The notes under the pieces: model-generated
What the model was told of the DNA's origin: nothing
Databases searched by the model: none
Seen by the model: only the letters and a program-made list of their open reading frames with translations
Position numbers and translations under genes: made by a program
Shown here: positions 28,722 to 38,817 of the stretch, in pieces
How the letters are laid out: every line of letters starts with the position of its first letter
Numbering within the stretch: position 1 is the first letter of the stretch
From: Candidatus Rokuibacteriota bacterium
GTDB lineage: Bacteria; Methylomirabilota; Methylomirabilia; Rokubacteriales; CSP1-6
Assembly: GCA_016184365.1 (NCBI GenBank)
Contig: JACPCW010000079.1
Location: 5,661-69,660, forward strand
Length of the DNA: 64,000 bases
Reading direction: 5' to 3'

Positions 28722-29500
28722 AGCTGGAGGACCGCGTCGCCGTCGTCACCGGCGCCGCGAAGGGCATGGGCCGCGAGATCTGCCTGAAGCTCGCGAACGA
28801 AGGCGCGCACGTGGCGCTCGCCGCCCGCGACGAAGCGCCGCTCGCCGAGCTCGCGAAGGAGGTCGAGGCGCTCGGCCGCCGCGCGCTCGTCCAGCCGACG
28901 AACGTCGTGGACGAAGCGTCGGTCGAGGCGCTCGTCGCGCGGACGCTCGCGACGTTCGGCGGGCGCATCGACATCCTCGTGAACGCCGCCGGCATCACGG
29001 GGCCCATCGAGACGCCGGTGTGGGAGATCAAGGCCGACGACTTCGACGAGGTGCTGCGCGTCAACATCCGCGGCACGTTCCTGCCGACGAAGCACGTGCT
29101 GCCGACGATGATCGGCCAGACGTACGGCAAGATCGTGAACATCAGCGGGACGAGCGGCCTGCGCGGGTACAAGTACCGCGCGGCGTATTCCTCGTCGAAG
29201 TGGGCGCTGCGCGGCTTCACGCGCACGGTCGCGCTCGAAGTCGGTCCACACAACATCAACGTCAACGCGCTGCATCCCGGCATCGTGTGGGGCCCGCGCA
29301 TGGACAAGCTCTGCCGCGAGAAGGCGAAGAAGCGCGGGTGGACGTACGAGCAGGTCTACGAGGAGTACGTCAACGAGATGGCGCTGCGGCGCGTGACGGT
29401 CGGGGACGACATCGCGAACGCCGTCGCGTTCCTCTGCTCGGACGACTCGAAGAACATGACCGGCCAGTCCGTCACCGTCGACGGCGGCTGGGACGTGTAG
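28718..29500 (+). CDS. Short-chain dehydrogenase/reductase
   Basis: TGAAKGMG, NAAG, YSSSK, VTVDGG. Confidence 0.92.
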   Translation: MKLEDRVAVVTGAAKGMGREICLKLANEGAHVALAARDEAPLAELAKEVEALGRRALVQPTNVVDEASVEALVARTLATFGGRIDILVNAAGITGPIETPVWEIKADDFDEVLRVNIRGTFLPTKHVLPTMIGQTYGKIVNISGTSGLRGYKYRAAYSSSKWALRGFTRTVALEVGPHNINVNALHPGIVWGPRMDKLCREKAKKRGWTYEQVYEEYVNEMALRRVTVGDDIANAVAFLCSDDSKNMTGQSVTVDGGWDV

Positions 29501-29513
29501 GACAGCCTCGTAG

Positions 29514-29885
29514 TCAGCGCTCGGCCAGGGCGCCGGTCGCCAGCGCCCGGTCGAGCGCGACGTTGACGGCCTCGTTGTGCGCCGTGGTGACGCGGAAGAG
29601 CCCGTCGGTGCCCCCGGCGTTCAGGACGTCGGCGAGGACCTGATCGAGCTCCGACGACGCGTGCAGCGGTAGCCCCAGGGCGATCAGGTTCCGCGCGATC
29701 GACTCCGCGCCCGGGTCCAGGTACCGATTGGATTTCGCGAGCCGATCGCCGTCCGGGTCGGGGACCCGGATCGCCACGAACGGCGTCGCGGCAATCTCGG
29801 TGTTCGGATGATGGAACACCTTCCCGGACATGATGCCGATCAGGGCCGTGGCCGGTGGACTCGGAAACCGCAGGACGAGGAGCAC
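29514..29885 (-). pseudogene. Unassigned ORF or gene fragment
   Basis: Protein-like composition but no clear start or family. Confidence 0.3.
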
Positions 29886-29904
29886 GCGGCTGTCGGCGTG
29901 GGCA

Positions 29905-30366
29905 GTGACAGCAAAGCTCTTGATCTACGAAACCGTCGTCCCGGTCTCGCGCGCCCGGCACGGCACCTGGTCCGTCGAAGTCGGCGCCGATTACGCGTTC
30001 AGCCGCCACGTGAATTCCGTGCCGCTGATGGCGGTGGAGTTTCCGCAGGCGGCCGCGGAGTACCCGATCGTGTTCTCCGGCACCGACGAGGTCATGCCCG
30101 CGGTGATTCTCGGCGTGCGAGGCACCGAGAACCTCTACCTCGGCGGCAACGGCGCCTGGCAGGCGCGGTACGTGCCGGCCTTCGTGCGCCGCTATCCGTT
30201 CGTGTTCTCGAGCGGCGACGACGGCAAGACCTTCACGCTCTGCATCGACGAGGCGTTCGGCGGCTCTCCCGCCACCCCGGAAGAGGAGGCGCCGCCGCCC
30301 GTCTCCGAGCTCGACATCATGCTCGCCACGGTCAACGATGCGAAGGTCTGGTTCCTGAATCTCTGA
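29905..30366 (+). pseudogene. SapC-family protein, N-terminal half fused to an unrelated tail
   Basis: VPL..VEF..AA.EYPIVF, NLYL...G.W...YVPAFVRRYPF, LCIDE, then an abrupt change of sequence. Confidence 0.7.
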
Positions 30367-30502
30367 CTGATCCGGGAGCCCTGCCGGTGCCCGGGCTCCT
30401 CGTCTTGCGAGCGCCGCGGCCGCGCGTTACAGTCGCTCTCGCTTCGCGCCCGCTCACCGCGCGCACGGTTCATCACGGTCCGGGGAGGTCGAGAGCCACC
30501 GC

Positions 30503-31369
30503 ATGCAGCCGTTCGAGTACGCCGCGCCGGCGTCGGTCGACGAGGCGCTCGCCCTGCTCGCGCGCCACGGTGCCGACGCGAAGGTCCTGGCCGGCGGACA
30601 GAGCCTCGTCCCGCTCCTGAACTACCGGCTCGCGCGCCCGCGCTTCGTCGTCGACGTCAACGATCTGCCGCTCGACGAGATCCGTGTCGACGCCGGCCGC
30701 GTGCGCCTCGGCGCGCTCGTCCGGCACTCGACGCTCGCCGCATCGGCCGTCGTCGCGCGCGAGTGTCCGCTCCTGACCGAGGCCGCCGCCCTCATCGGCA
30801 ACGTGCGGGTGCGGTCGCTCGGCACGGTCGGCGGCAGCCTCGCGCACGCGGATCCGGCCGCCGAGCTGCCGCTCGCGATGGTCGCGCTCGACGCGCGATT
30901 CGAACTTCGCAGCGCGCGCGGCTCGCGCACCGTCGAGGTGCGCGACTTCTTCTCCGGGTACCTCACGACGGTGCTCCGGCCCGACGAGCTGCTGACGTCG
31001 GTCGACGCGCCGCCGACGCGGGGCGCGGGCACGGCGGTCGAAGAGTTTTCACGCCGGCCGGGGGACTTCGCGCTCGTCGCCGTCGCCGCGATCGTCACGA
31101 TCGATCGCCAGGGCCGTGTCGAGAACGCCCGCGTCGCGATCGGTGGCATCGACGGCGTGCCGCGCCGGATTCCGGCCGTCGAGAACGCGCTGCGAGGCGA
31201 GCCGCCGGCCACCGATCGGATCGCGCGCGCGGCGGAGCTCGCGCGCGCGGAGGTCACACCGCAGTCCGATGCCTTGGCGAGCGGCGAGTACCGCACGCTG
31301 CTCGCCGGCGTGCTGACGAAGCGCGCGCTCGCGCGCGCGGTGTCGCGCGCGATGGCGGTCCCCGCATGA
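30503..31369 (+). CDS. Molybdenum hydroxylase FAD subunit (CoxM/XdhB-like)
   Basis: LAGGQSL.P.LNYRLARP, GTVGGSLAHADPAAELP, GDFAL. Confidence 0.9.
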   Translation: MQPFEYAAPASVDEALALLARHGADAKVLAGGQSLVPLLNYRLARPRFVVDVNDLPLDEIRVDAGRVRLGALVRHSTLAASAVVARECPLLTEAAALIGNVRVRSLGTVGGSLAHADPAAELPLAMVALDARFELRSARGSRTVEVRDFFSGYLTTVLRPDELLTSVDAPPTRGAGTAVEEFSRRPGDFALVAVAAIVTIDRQGRVENARVAIGGIDGVPRRIPAVENALRGEPPATDRIARAAELARAEVTPQSDALASGEYRTLLAGVLTKRALARAVSRAMAVPA

Positions 31370-31830
31370 CCACCCGCCTTCTCATCAACGGCCGGGCGCG
31401 CGACGTCGACGTCGAGCCGCATCGCACGCTCCTCGAAGTCCTGCGCGACACGCTCGGCATCTTCGACGCCAAGGAAGGCTGCAACGAGGGCGTGTGCGGC
31501 GCCTGCACGGTGCTGCTCGACGGCCGGCCGGTCTCGAGCTGTCTCGTGCTCGCGGTCGCGACGCGCGGGAAGCCGATCACGACGGTGCGCGGTCTCGAGC
31601 GCGACGGCGATCTCCATCCGCTGCAGGACGCCTTCCTGCGCCACGGCGCCGTGCAGTGCGGCTTCTGCACGCCGGGCATGCTGCTGACGGCGTACGCGTT
31701 CGTCGAGGCGCATCCGCATCCCGACCGCGCGGCGATCCGCGAGGCGCTCGAGGGCAACCTGTGCCGCTGCACCGGCTACACGAAGATCGTCGACGCGGTG
31801 GAAGACTACGCGAGGAACCGATGCGGATGA
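31366..31830 (+). CDS. Molybdenum hydroxylase 2Fe-2S subunit (CoxS-like)
   Basis: GCNEGVCGACTV, QCGFCTPG, GNLCRCTGY. Confidence 0.92.
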   Translation: MTTRLLINGRARDVDVEPHRTLLEVLRDTLGIFDAKEGCNEGVCGACTVLLDGRPVSSCLVLAVATRGKPITTVRGLERDGDLHPLQDAFLRHGAVQCGFCTPGMLLTAYAFVEAHPHPDRAAIREALEGNLCRCTGYTKIVDAVEDYARNRCG

Positions 31831-34172
31831 TCGAGGGGGGCCACGGCTTCGCCGGGGACCCCCGAGCGGTGGGGGGTGTGGGGGGCCATATCGGGGCCCC
31901 TCACTCGGTGGTCGGCCAGCGCGTCGTGCGCCACGACGCGCGCGACAAGGTTCAGGCGGCCACCGCGTACGCCGGCGACTGGGCGATGCCCGGCATGCTG
32001 CACGGCGTGGTCGTGCGCTCGCCGTATCCCTCCGCCCGGATCCGCGGCATCGACACGACGAAAGCGGCCGCGATGCGGGGCGTCGCGTGCGTGCTCACCG
32101 CCCGCGACGTGCCGCGCAACACGCTGATGACCGACGTGCCCGGACAGACGACGACCGTCGGTCCGCTGCGCGCGAAGCTGCACGTGCTCGCCGAGGATCG
32201 CGTGCGGCATCAGGGCGAGCCGGTGGCGCTCGTCGCGGCCGAGACGCTCGAGCAGGCGCGCGACGCCGCGGACGCGGTCGAGGTCGACTACGAGCCGCGG
32301 CCCGGCGTGTTCGACGCCGAGCAAGCGCTCGCCCCCGATGCGCCGAAGGTGCACGACGAGGGCAACCTGCTCGCGCACTGGCGCATCGCGCGCGGCGACG
32401 TCGACGCCGCGTTCGCCGGCGCCGCGGTCGTCGTCGAGGGCGAATACCGGACGCAGTTCGTCGATTCCGCCTATCTCGAGCCCGAGACCGGTGTGGCGTG
32501 GATCGATTCCGACGGCGTCATCACGATCCGGCTCTCGACGCAGGTCATCGAGCACTTCCGCGATGTCGCGGACGTGCTCGACGTGCCGCAGAACCGCGTC
32601 CGCGTGATCGGCGCGTATCTCGGCGGCGGCTTCGGGGGCAAGGAAGACGTGACCGTCGAGGTGTATCTCGGACTGCTCGCGGTGAAGACCGGGCGCCCCG
32701 TGAAGATGGTGTGGACACGGCAGGAGTCGCTGCTCGCGCGCGCGAAGCGGCATCCGTATCGCCTGCGCTATCGCACCGCGGCCGCGAAGACCGGCGAGAT
32801 CCTCGCGCAGGACGTCGAGCTGCTGGGCGACTCGGGCGCGTACGCCTACCTGTCGGCGCTCGTGCTGCTGTATTCCACGGTCACCGCGTGCGGTCCGTAT
32901 CGCGTGCCCGCCGCGCGCGTGCAGGCGCGCGTGGCGTACACGAACAACCCGCCGACGTCGGCGATGCGCGGGTTCGGCGCGATGCAGACCGTCTTCGGCT
33001 ACGAGTCGCAGATGGACCGCGTCGCGCGCGCGCTCGGCCTGCCGCCGGCCGACGTCCGCAAGGCGAACGCGCTCCGCCGCGGCGACACGCTGCCGGTCGG
33101 ACAGGTGATCGAGACGCACTGCGCGCTGCCCGAGCTGATCGATCGCGCGTGGGCAGGGCTCGGCGCGCCGACGCCGCCGCGCGCGCCGCACGCGAAGGTC
33201 GGGCGTGGTCTCGCGTGCAATCTCCAGCCGTACGGACGGATCGTCTGGCTCCACGACTGGGCGAGCGCGTGGGTCGGATTCGAGATGGACGGCAGCCTCG
33301 TGGTGCGCTGCGGATGTCCCGACGTCGGCGGCGGTCAGGCGAGCTCGCTCTGTCAGATCGCGGCCGAGGTGCTCGGCGTGCCGATCGATCGCATCAGCGT
33401 GCACATCGCCGACAGCGCGCTGACGCCGCTGGCCGGCACGACGACGGCGAGCCGCCAGCTCTACATGTCGGGCAACGCGACGCTCAAGGCGTCGGGCGAG
33501 CTGCGCGAGCAGATTCTCGGCGTCGCTGCGAAGCTGCTCGAGACGTCGGTTGCCGACGTCGATCTCGCCGGCGGCGAGGTCCGCGCCGCCGACGGCCGGA
33601 CGATGCCGCTCCGGCAAGTCCTGGCCGCGTGCGCGCGCATGGGCGTGCCGCGTAGCCATCTCGCCGTATACCACGCCCCGGCTGGGGAACCCGTGGATCT
33701 GACGAAAGGCTCGGGCAAGATCTTTCCGGACTACACGTTCGGCTGCCACGCGGTGGAGCTCGAGGTCGACACCGAGACGGGACGCGTGCGGCTGCTCAAA
33801 CACGTCGCCGCGCACGACGTCGGACGCGCGATCAATCCGATGTCGGTCGAAGGCCAGATCGAAGGCGGCGCGGTGCAGGGCCTCGGCTACGCGATGATGG
33901 AAGAGGTCGTGCTCGAGGACGGCATCAACCTGACGACGTCGTTTGCGTCGTACCTGATCCCGACGACGGTCGACGTGCCCGACGTCGAGGCGATCGTGCT
34001 CGAATCCGGCGAAGGGCTGGGGCCGTTCGGCGCGCGCGGCATCGGCGAGCCGCCGATCGGCCCGCCGGCGGCGGCCGTCGCCAACGCGATCGAGGACGCG
34101 ACGGGCGCGCGCGTGACGCGCCTGCCAATGACGCCCGAACGCGTCGCGCGCGCCTTGCGATTGTTGACGTGA
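31827..34172 (+). CDS. Molybdenum hydroxylase Mo-binding subunit (xanthine dehydrogenase family) with repeat-derived N-terminus
   Basis: GGGFGGK, AMRGFG, GQIEGG..QGLG, GIGEPP. ATGA overlap. Confidence 0.9.
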   Translation: MIEGGHGFAGDPRAVGGVGGHIGAPHSVVGQRVVRHDARDKVQAATAYAGDWAMPGMLHGVVVRSPYPSARIRGIDTTKAAAMRGVACVLTARDVPRNTLMTDVPGQTTTVGPLRAKLHVLAEDRVRHQGEPVALVAAETLEQARDAADAVEVDYEPRPGVFDAEQALAPDAPKVHDEGNLLAHWRIARGDVDAAFAGAAVVVEGEYRTQFVDSAYLEPETGVAWIDSDGVITIRLSTQVIEHFRDVADVLDVPQNRVRVIGAYLGGGFGGKEDVTVEVYLGLLAVKTGRPVKMVWTRQESLLARAKRHPYRLRYRTAAAKTGEILAQDVELLGDSGAYAYLSALVLLYSTVTACGPYRVPAARVQARVAYTNNPPTSAMRGFGAMQTVFGYESQMDRVARALGLPPADVRKANALRRGDTLPVGQVIETHCALPELIDRAWAGLGAPTPPRAPHAKVGRGLACNLQPYGRIVWLHDWASAWVGFEMDGSLVVRCGCPDVGGGQASSLCQIAAEVLGVPIDRISVHIADSALTPLAGTTTASRQLYMSGNATLKASGELREQILGVAAKLLETSVADVDLAGGEVRAADGRTMPLRQVLAACARMGVPRSHLAVYHAPAGEPVDLTKGSGKIFPDYTFGCHAVELEVDTETGRVRLLKHVAAHDVGRAINPMSVEGQIEGGAVQGLGYAMMEEVVLEDGINLTTSFASYLIPTTVDVPDVEAIVLESGEGLGPFGARGIGEPPIGPPAAAVANAIEDATGARVTRLPMTPERVARALRLLT
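31831..31904 (+). repeat. Family A copy 4, in frame at the Mo-subunit N-terminus
   Basis: Encodes MIEGGHGFAGDPRAVGGVGGHIGAPH. Compensatory stem changes. Confidence 0.88.
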
Positions 34173-34990
34173 GGGGCACCGCTCGACCGTCCGGCCTTCC
34201 CGCGTTCCTGCTGCTCGCGCCGTCGCTCCTGGTGCTCGCGATCTTCGCCGTGGCGCTCGGCGCGCTGTTCCAGTTCGCGTTCCTCGAGTTCATTCCCGGG
34301 TCGCTCAAGACGGGCGGCCTCACCGACAAGAACTTCCGGGCGGTGCTCGCGCCGCAGTACCTGCGCTACATCTGGGACACGGTGGTGCTGTCCGCCGCGA
34401 CGACGGTCCTGGCGCTCGTCGCGTCCTATCCGATCGCGTACGCGCTGGCCCGCGCGGAGTCGCGCCGGCTTCGCTCGCTGCTGCTCGTGCTGACGCTGGC
34501 GCCGTTCTTCACCGGCGCGATCGTGCGGACGTACGCGTGGATGCTGGTGCTCGGCAGTTCCTTCATCACGTGGCCGGTGAAGCTGCTCTTCGAGCCGTCC
34601 GGCGTCCTCGTCGGGCTCGTGCACTTCTCGATGCCGACGATGATCCTGATCCTCGCCGCCGCCATCAGCCACGTCGACACGACGTACGAGCGCGCGGCGG
34701 CCAGCCTCGGCGCGTCGCCGCGGCGCATCTTCTGGCGCGTGACGCTGCCGCTCACGATGCCGGGCGTGGCGTCCGGCTCGCTCGTCGTGTTCGCGTGGAC
34801 GTTCAGCGCGTTCCCGACGCCCGAGCTGCTCGGCGGCGGCAAGGTGAAGATGATCGCCAACGTCGTGAAGGACCTGGCGCTCGACTCGTTCAACTGGCCG
34901 GGCAGCGCGGCGTTCGCGGCGGTCGCGCTGGTGTTGACGCTCGGGCTGCTCGCGCTGCTGGGCCGCGCGATCGGCACGCGCGGCGTGTGA
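34169..34990 (+). CDS. ABC permease (PotB-like)
   Basis: YPIAY.LAR, VRTYAW, ERAAASLGA, TP.LLGG. Confidence 0.88.
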   Translation: MRGTARPSGLPAFLLLAPSLLVLAIFAVALGALFQFAFLEFIPGSLKTGGLTDKNFRAVLAPQYLRYIWDTVVLSAATTVLALVASYPIAYALARAESRRLRSLLLVLTLAPFFTGAIVRTYAWMLVLGSSFITWPVKLLFEPSGVLVGLVHFSMPTMILILAAAISHVDTTYERAAASLGASPRRIFWRVTLPLTMPGVASGSLVVFAWTFSAFPTPELLGGGKVKMIANVVKDLALDSFNWPGSAAFAAVALVLTLGLLALLGRAIGTRGV

Positions 34991-35775
34991 TGGCCGGTCG
35001 CCTCGTCGTCGCGGCGCTGCTCCTGTTCATGACGCTCCCGACCGTGGTGGTGATCGTCGCGTCGTTCAACGCGACGGCGATCCTGTCGTTCCCGCCGCAG
35101 GGCGTGTCGCTGCGCTGGTACGAGAACGCGCTGACGTATCCGCAGTTCCGCAAGGCGGCGGTGAACTCCGTGATCGTGACGGCCGCGAGCGCGCTGCTGG
35201 CGCTGCCGGTCGGCACGGCGGCGGCGCTGGCGCTCGTACGCCACCGTCCGCGCGCGGCGACGGCATTGAACGCGATGCTGCTGTCGCCGCTGGTGATCCC
35301 GGGGGTTGCGGCGGGGCTGGGCTTCCTGATCGTCGCGGCCGGCCTCGGGTTGCTGCAGTCGCGCTGGATCCTGATCGTCGCGCACGTCGTGCTGGTGCTG
35401 CCGTTCGTCGTCCGATCGGTCGCGGTGAGCGTCGCGAACCTCGACCCGATGCTGGAGCGGGCGGCGGCGAGCCTCGGCGCGAGCCCGTGGCGCGCGTTCC
35501 GGCGGGTCACGCTGCCGCTGCTGCGGCCGGGTCTCTTCGCGGCGCTCCTGTTCGCGGTGATCGTGTCGATGAACGAGTTCGTCGTCTCGCTGTTCATCTC
35601 GACGCGGGTCAACGAGATCCTGCCGGTCGCGATGTTCACGTACGTGGTGAACTACACCGACCCCACGATGGCCGCGTTGTCGACGTTGTTCATCGCGGCC
35701 ACGTTCGTCGTCGTCTTCGTCGCCGACCGACTGCTCGACCTGTCGCGCATCTTTCAGATCGGCGGGCGGCACTGA
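34990..35775 (+). CDS. ABC permease (PotC-like)
   Basis: SFPPQGVSLRWY, LERAAASLGA, S.NEFVVSLF. Confidence 0.88.
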   Translation: MAGRLVVAALLLFMTLPTVVVIVASFNATAILSFPPQGVSLRWYENALTYPQFRKAAVNSVIVTAASALLALPVGTAAALALVRHRPRAATALNAMLLSPLVIPGVAAGLGFLIVAAGLGLLQSRWILIVAHVVLVLPFVVRSVAVSVANLDPMLERAAASLGASPWRAFRRVTLPLLRPGLFAALLFAVIVSMNEFVVSLFISTRVNEILPVAMFTYVVNYTDPTMAALSTLFIAATFVVVFVADRLLDLSRIFQIGGRH

Positions 35776-35833
35776 TGCGCCGCGTCTCGCGCGGCGTCGG
35801 CGTTGCGCCTCGCACGTGCTCATCGCGCAGCAC

Positions 35834-35980
35834 GCGGGGGCGGGTGCCCGGAGGGGGTCCGGCGCCCACGAGATTTGAGCACCCATCACCCTTTGAGCCG
35901 TTCCCACTCGGCACCGCCGGTTCGACATATCCGTGTACGGGCACGGGTCGTCCGGACCCCCTCCGGACACCCGCCCCCGC
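35834..35980 (-). repeat. Structured element family B copy 1
   Basis: 29-nt inverted arms (35834-35862 / 35952-35980, 1 mismatch) enclosing the core ACGAGATTT.AGCACCCATCACC..TTGAGCCGTTCCCACTC. Confidence 0.9.
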
Positions 35981-36058
35981 TCCCCGTCGCGTCGGCCTCC
36001 GGCGGGTGGCGCGCGATGGACGTTCGGCCGCCGGCGGGCGTGGTCCGGCGGCCTTCCG

Positions 36059-37135
36059 ATGATGGCGCGCACCGTCGTGCAGCTCGAGCGCGTCACCAAG
36101 TCGTACGGCGCGGTCCGCGCGCTCGATGCGATCGAGCTCGCGGTCTACGAAGGCGAGCTGCTGTCGCTGCTCGGTCCGTCGGGCTGCGGCAAGACGACGA
36201 CGCTGAACGTGATCGCGGGGTTCGTGGAGCCGGACGCGGGCCGCGTGTCGATCGACGGGAGCGACGTGACGGCGGTGCCCGCGTACCGCCGCGGGCTCGG
36301 CGTCGTCTTCCAGTCGTACGCGCTCTTCCCGCACATGACCGTCGGCGACAACGTGGCGTTCGGATTGCGCGAGCGCGGCATGAGCCGGCGCGACGCGGCG
36401 ACGCGCGTCGGCGAAGCGCTCGCGCTGGTGCGGCTGCCCGGCATGGCGGACGCTCGCCCGCAGCAGCTGTCCGGCGGCATGCAGCAGCGCGTCGCGCTGG
36501 CCCGCGCGCTCGTCATCCGGCCGCGCGTGCTGCTGCTCGACGAGCCGCTCGCGGCGCTCGACAAGAAGCTGCGCGAGGACATGCGCGCCGAGCTCCGCGA
36601 CATCCAGAAGACGGTCGGCATCACGACGATCTTCGTGACACACGACCAGCACGAGGCGCTCGGCCTGTCCGATCGCATCGCGGTCATGAACGCCGGGCGC
36701 ATCGAGCAGCTCGGCGTGCCGCGTGAAATCTACGAGCGGCCCGCGACGCGGTTCGTCGCCGATTTCATCGGGGCGTCGAGCGTGCTGACGGCGCGCGTGC
36801 TCGACGGCCAGACAGTGGAGCTGCCGGGCGGTCTGCGTCTCGCCGTCGACCTCGGACGCCCGCTCGAACCGGGACGGACCGTCGAGCTCATCGTGCGGCC
36901 CGAGCGTGTCCAGCTCGGCGGCGCCGGCGGCAATGCCATGGCGGCGACGGTCGCCAGCGTGATGTATCTCGGCGATCATACGGAGGTGCGGGTCACGCTG
37001 GCGGGTGGTCTGCGGATTCTGGCCGCCGTGCGCGGCGCCGTGGCGCTGAATGCGGGCGATGCGATCACGGTGGCGATCGCGCCGGACGCGTTCCTCGTGC
37101 CGGGCGAGCGGCCGGCTGGCGAGGGGCGCGGCTGA
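36059..37135 (+). CDS. ABC ATPase (PotA-like) with TOBE domain
   Basis: GPSGCGKTT, FQSYALFPHM, LSGGMQQRVALARAL, VTHDQ. Confidence 0.9.
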   Translation: MMARTVVQLERVTKSYGAVRALDAIELAVYEGELLSLLGPSGCGKTTTLNVIAGFVEPDAGRVSIDGSDVTAVPAYRRGLGVVFQSYALFPHMTVGDNVAFGLRERGMSRRDAATRVGEALALVRLPGMADARPQQLSGGMQQRVALARALVIRPRVLLLDEPLAALDKKLREDMRAELRDIQKTVGITTIFVTHDQHEALGLSDRIAVMNAGRIEQLGVPREIYERPATRFVADFIGASSVLTARVLDGQTVELPGGLRLAVDLGRPLEPGRTVELIVRPERVQLGGAGGNAMAATVASVMYLGDHTEVRVTLAGGLRILAAVRGAVALNAGDAITVAIAPDAFLVPGERPAGEGRG

Positions 37136-37653
37136 TGGCCGGTCCGGACGTCACGACGCGCGCCGGCGCGCGGCGCATCGTCGAGGCGCTCGAAGACGCC
37201 GGCGTCACGATCATCACGACGCTGCCGGATACGTGGATCGGTTGGCTGGCCGAAGAGATGCGACGGTCGGCGAGGCTCCGCGTGGTCGACGTCGCGAGCG
37301 AGGAAGAAGCGATCGCGATCGCGTGCGGCGTGAACCTCACCGGCGCCCGCGCCGCCGTCGCCATCCAGAACGCCGGCCTGCTCAACTGCGGCGCGATCGT
37401 CGCGTCGCTCGTCCAGCTGTACCGGATTCCGTGCGTCCTGATCGTCTCGTACCGCGGCAACGAGCGCGATCCCGTGTACTACCACGTGCCGAAGGGTCGG
37501 ATGACGGAGCCGACGCTGCAGGCGTGGGGCGTCCGGCACGCGCGTGCGCGCGCGGGTGAGGCCGTCACCGCGCAGATCGCCGAGGCGTACGTGTGGGCGG
37601 ACGAGGAGCGCGCGCCGTTCGCGTTATTGTTCAGCGCGGAGGACTTGGCGTGA
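37135..37653 (+). CDS. Sulfopyruvate/phosphonopyruvate decarboxylase alpha-like subunit (ComD-like)
   Basis: LPDTW, EEEAIAIACG, QNAGL.N, IVSYRG. Confidence 0.78.
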   Translation: MAGPDVTTRAGARRIVEALEDAGVTIITTLPDTWIGWLAEEMRRSARLRVVDVASEEEAIAIACGVNLTGARAAVAIQNAGLLNCGAIVASLVQLYRIPCVLIVSYRGNERDPVYYHVPKGRMTEPTLQAWGVRHARARAGEAVTAQIAEAYVWADEERAPFALLFSAEDLA

Positions 37654-38231
37654 GCACGACGCGGCGCAAGGCGTATCTCGACGCGCTCGTCGCGGCGCTC
37701 GTGCCCGGACGCGACCTTCTCGTCGCCGGGCTCGGCGCGAATGCGCGCTACCTGCCGCACATGGACGTGCCGGTGCCGTGCTTCGCGCTCTGCGACGCGA
37801 TGGGCTCGGCGATCCCGCTCGCGCTCGGCATGGCGCTCGCGCGCGGCGACCGCCGCGTCGTCGCGCTCGAAGGCGACGGATCGCTGCTGATGAACCTCGG
37901 TACGCTCGCGACCGTCGGCGCCGCGCAGCCCGCGAACCTCGTGGTGATCGTCTTCCGGAACCGGCATTACGAGTCGTCGGGCGGGCAGGACCTGCCGCCG
38001 GTCGAGGTCGACTTCTCGGTCGTCGCGCGTGCGTGCCGGTTTGCGCGCGCCGAGGATGTGCCGGACGCGGAGCATTTCCGCACGGCGTTCGAGCGCGCGT
38101 GCGTCGCCGGCGGTCCGGCGCTGCTCGTCCTCGAAACCGCCTTCGATCCTGCCGAGCCGATCCCGCCGTACTCCGAGCGCCCGGACGAGATTCGCCTCAG
38201 CTTCGCTCAGGCGCTCGCGGCCGGCCGATAA
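37650..38231 (+). CDS. TPP-binding decarboxylase beta-like subunit (ComE-like)
   Basis: AMGSAIPLALG, EGDGSLLMNLG.L.T, N..YESSGGQ. Confidence 0.8.
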   Translation: MSTTRRKAYLDALVAALVPGRDLLVAGLGANARYLPHMDVPVPCFALCDAMGSAIPLALGMALARGDRRVVALEGDGSLLMNLGTLATVGAAQPANLVVIVFRNRHYESSGGQDLPPVEVDFSVVARACRFARAEDVPDAEHFRTAFERACVAGGPALLVLETAFDPAEPIPPYSERPDEIRLSFAQALAAGR

Positions 38232-38253
38232 CCAGTCCCGAGAGGAGGTCGTG

Positions 38254-38742
38254 ATGCTCGCGAAGCACATCTGGATCGCAGTCCTCCTGCTGACCTCACT
38301 GTTCGCTGGAGTGGCTACCGCTCGGGCTGCCGCGAAGGAGTGTGATCGGTGGCTCAAACTCGTCGATGGAGAGGTGCGGGAGCGGAAGGAAGCGCTGGAG
38401 AAGGCCTCGGGAGCCAAGAGGCAGCGTCTCCAGGAAACAGTGGCCCGGACGGCGGGCCCGATCGCCGAGGCCAAGAAGGGCTGCGCCTCGGGGAATGACA
38501 AGGCGGCCACGCTGCGCGCGCTGGAACTGTGGGACACGTTGGTGGAGGAGGAGCGACAGGATGGAAGCCTTTCCCTGAACAGCCGGCTGACGATCATCGC
38601 GCTGCGGGCCGAGCGCTTGAAGGCCTTCCAACAGCGGGGTTGGAAGCCGAAGATCTCGGCCGAGGCACAGCAGTCCCTCCTCGCCGATCTCGACAGGCTC
38701 GATCGTGTGCTCGCGGATGCCTTGAAGCAAGGGCTGCGCTGA
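38254..38742 (+). CDS. Hypothetical secreted helical protein
   Basis: GAGGAGG RBS, signal peptide, two Cys. Codon usage differs from neighbours (CTG/AAG-rich). Confidence 0.65.
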   Translation: MLAKHIWIAVLLLTSLFAGVATARAAAKECDRWLKLVDGEVRERKEALEKASGAKRQRLQETVARTAGPIAEAKKGCASGNDKAATLRALELWDTLVEEERQDGSLSLNSRLTIIALRAERLKAFQQRGWKPKISAEAQQSLLADLDRLDRVLADALKQGLR

Positions 38743-38797
38743 GGCGCGGGACTCCGCAACCTCCCCGTCGGCCGGATCGTGTTCACGCCTCGCCCGG

Positions 38798-38817
38798 AGG
38801 CTCGTGTGTACGAGCCT
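38798..38817. terminator. Hairpin between convergent genes
   Basis: AGGCTCGT-GTGT-ACGAGCCT perfect 8-bp stem, no U-tract. Confidence 0.35.

Noticed and set aside
31827-31904. Family A hairpin as a SECIS element for TGA read-through
   Set aside because: The upstream proteins are complete at the TGA, other copies follow TAG stops, and the distance from the stop varies
30503-34172. Aerobic CO dehydrogenase (coxMSL order)
   Set aside because: The active-site loop is AMRGFG, not the AYxCSFR of form I CODH
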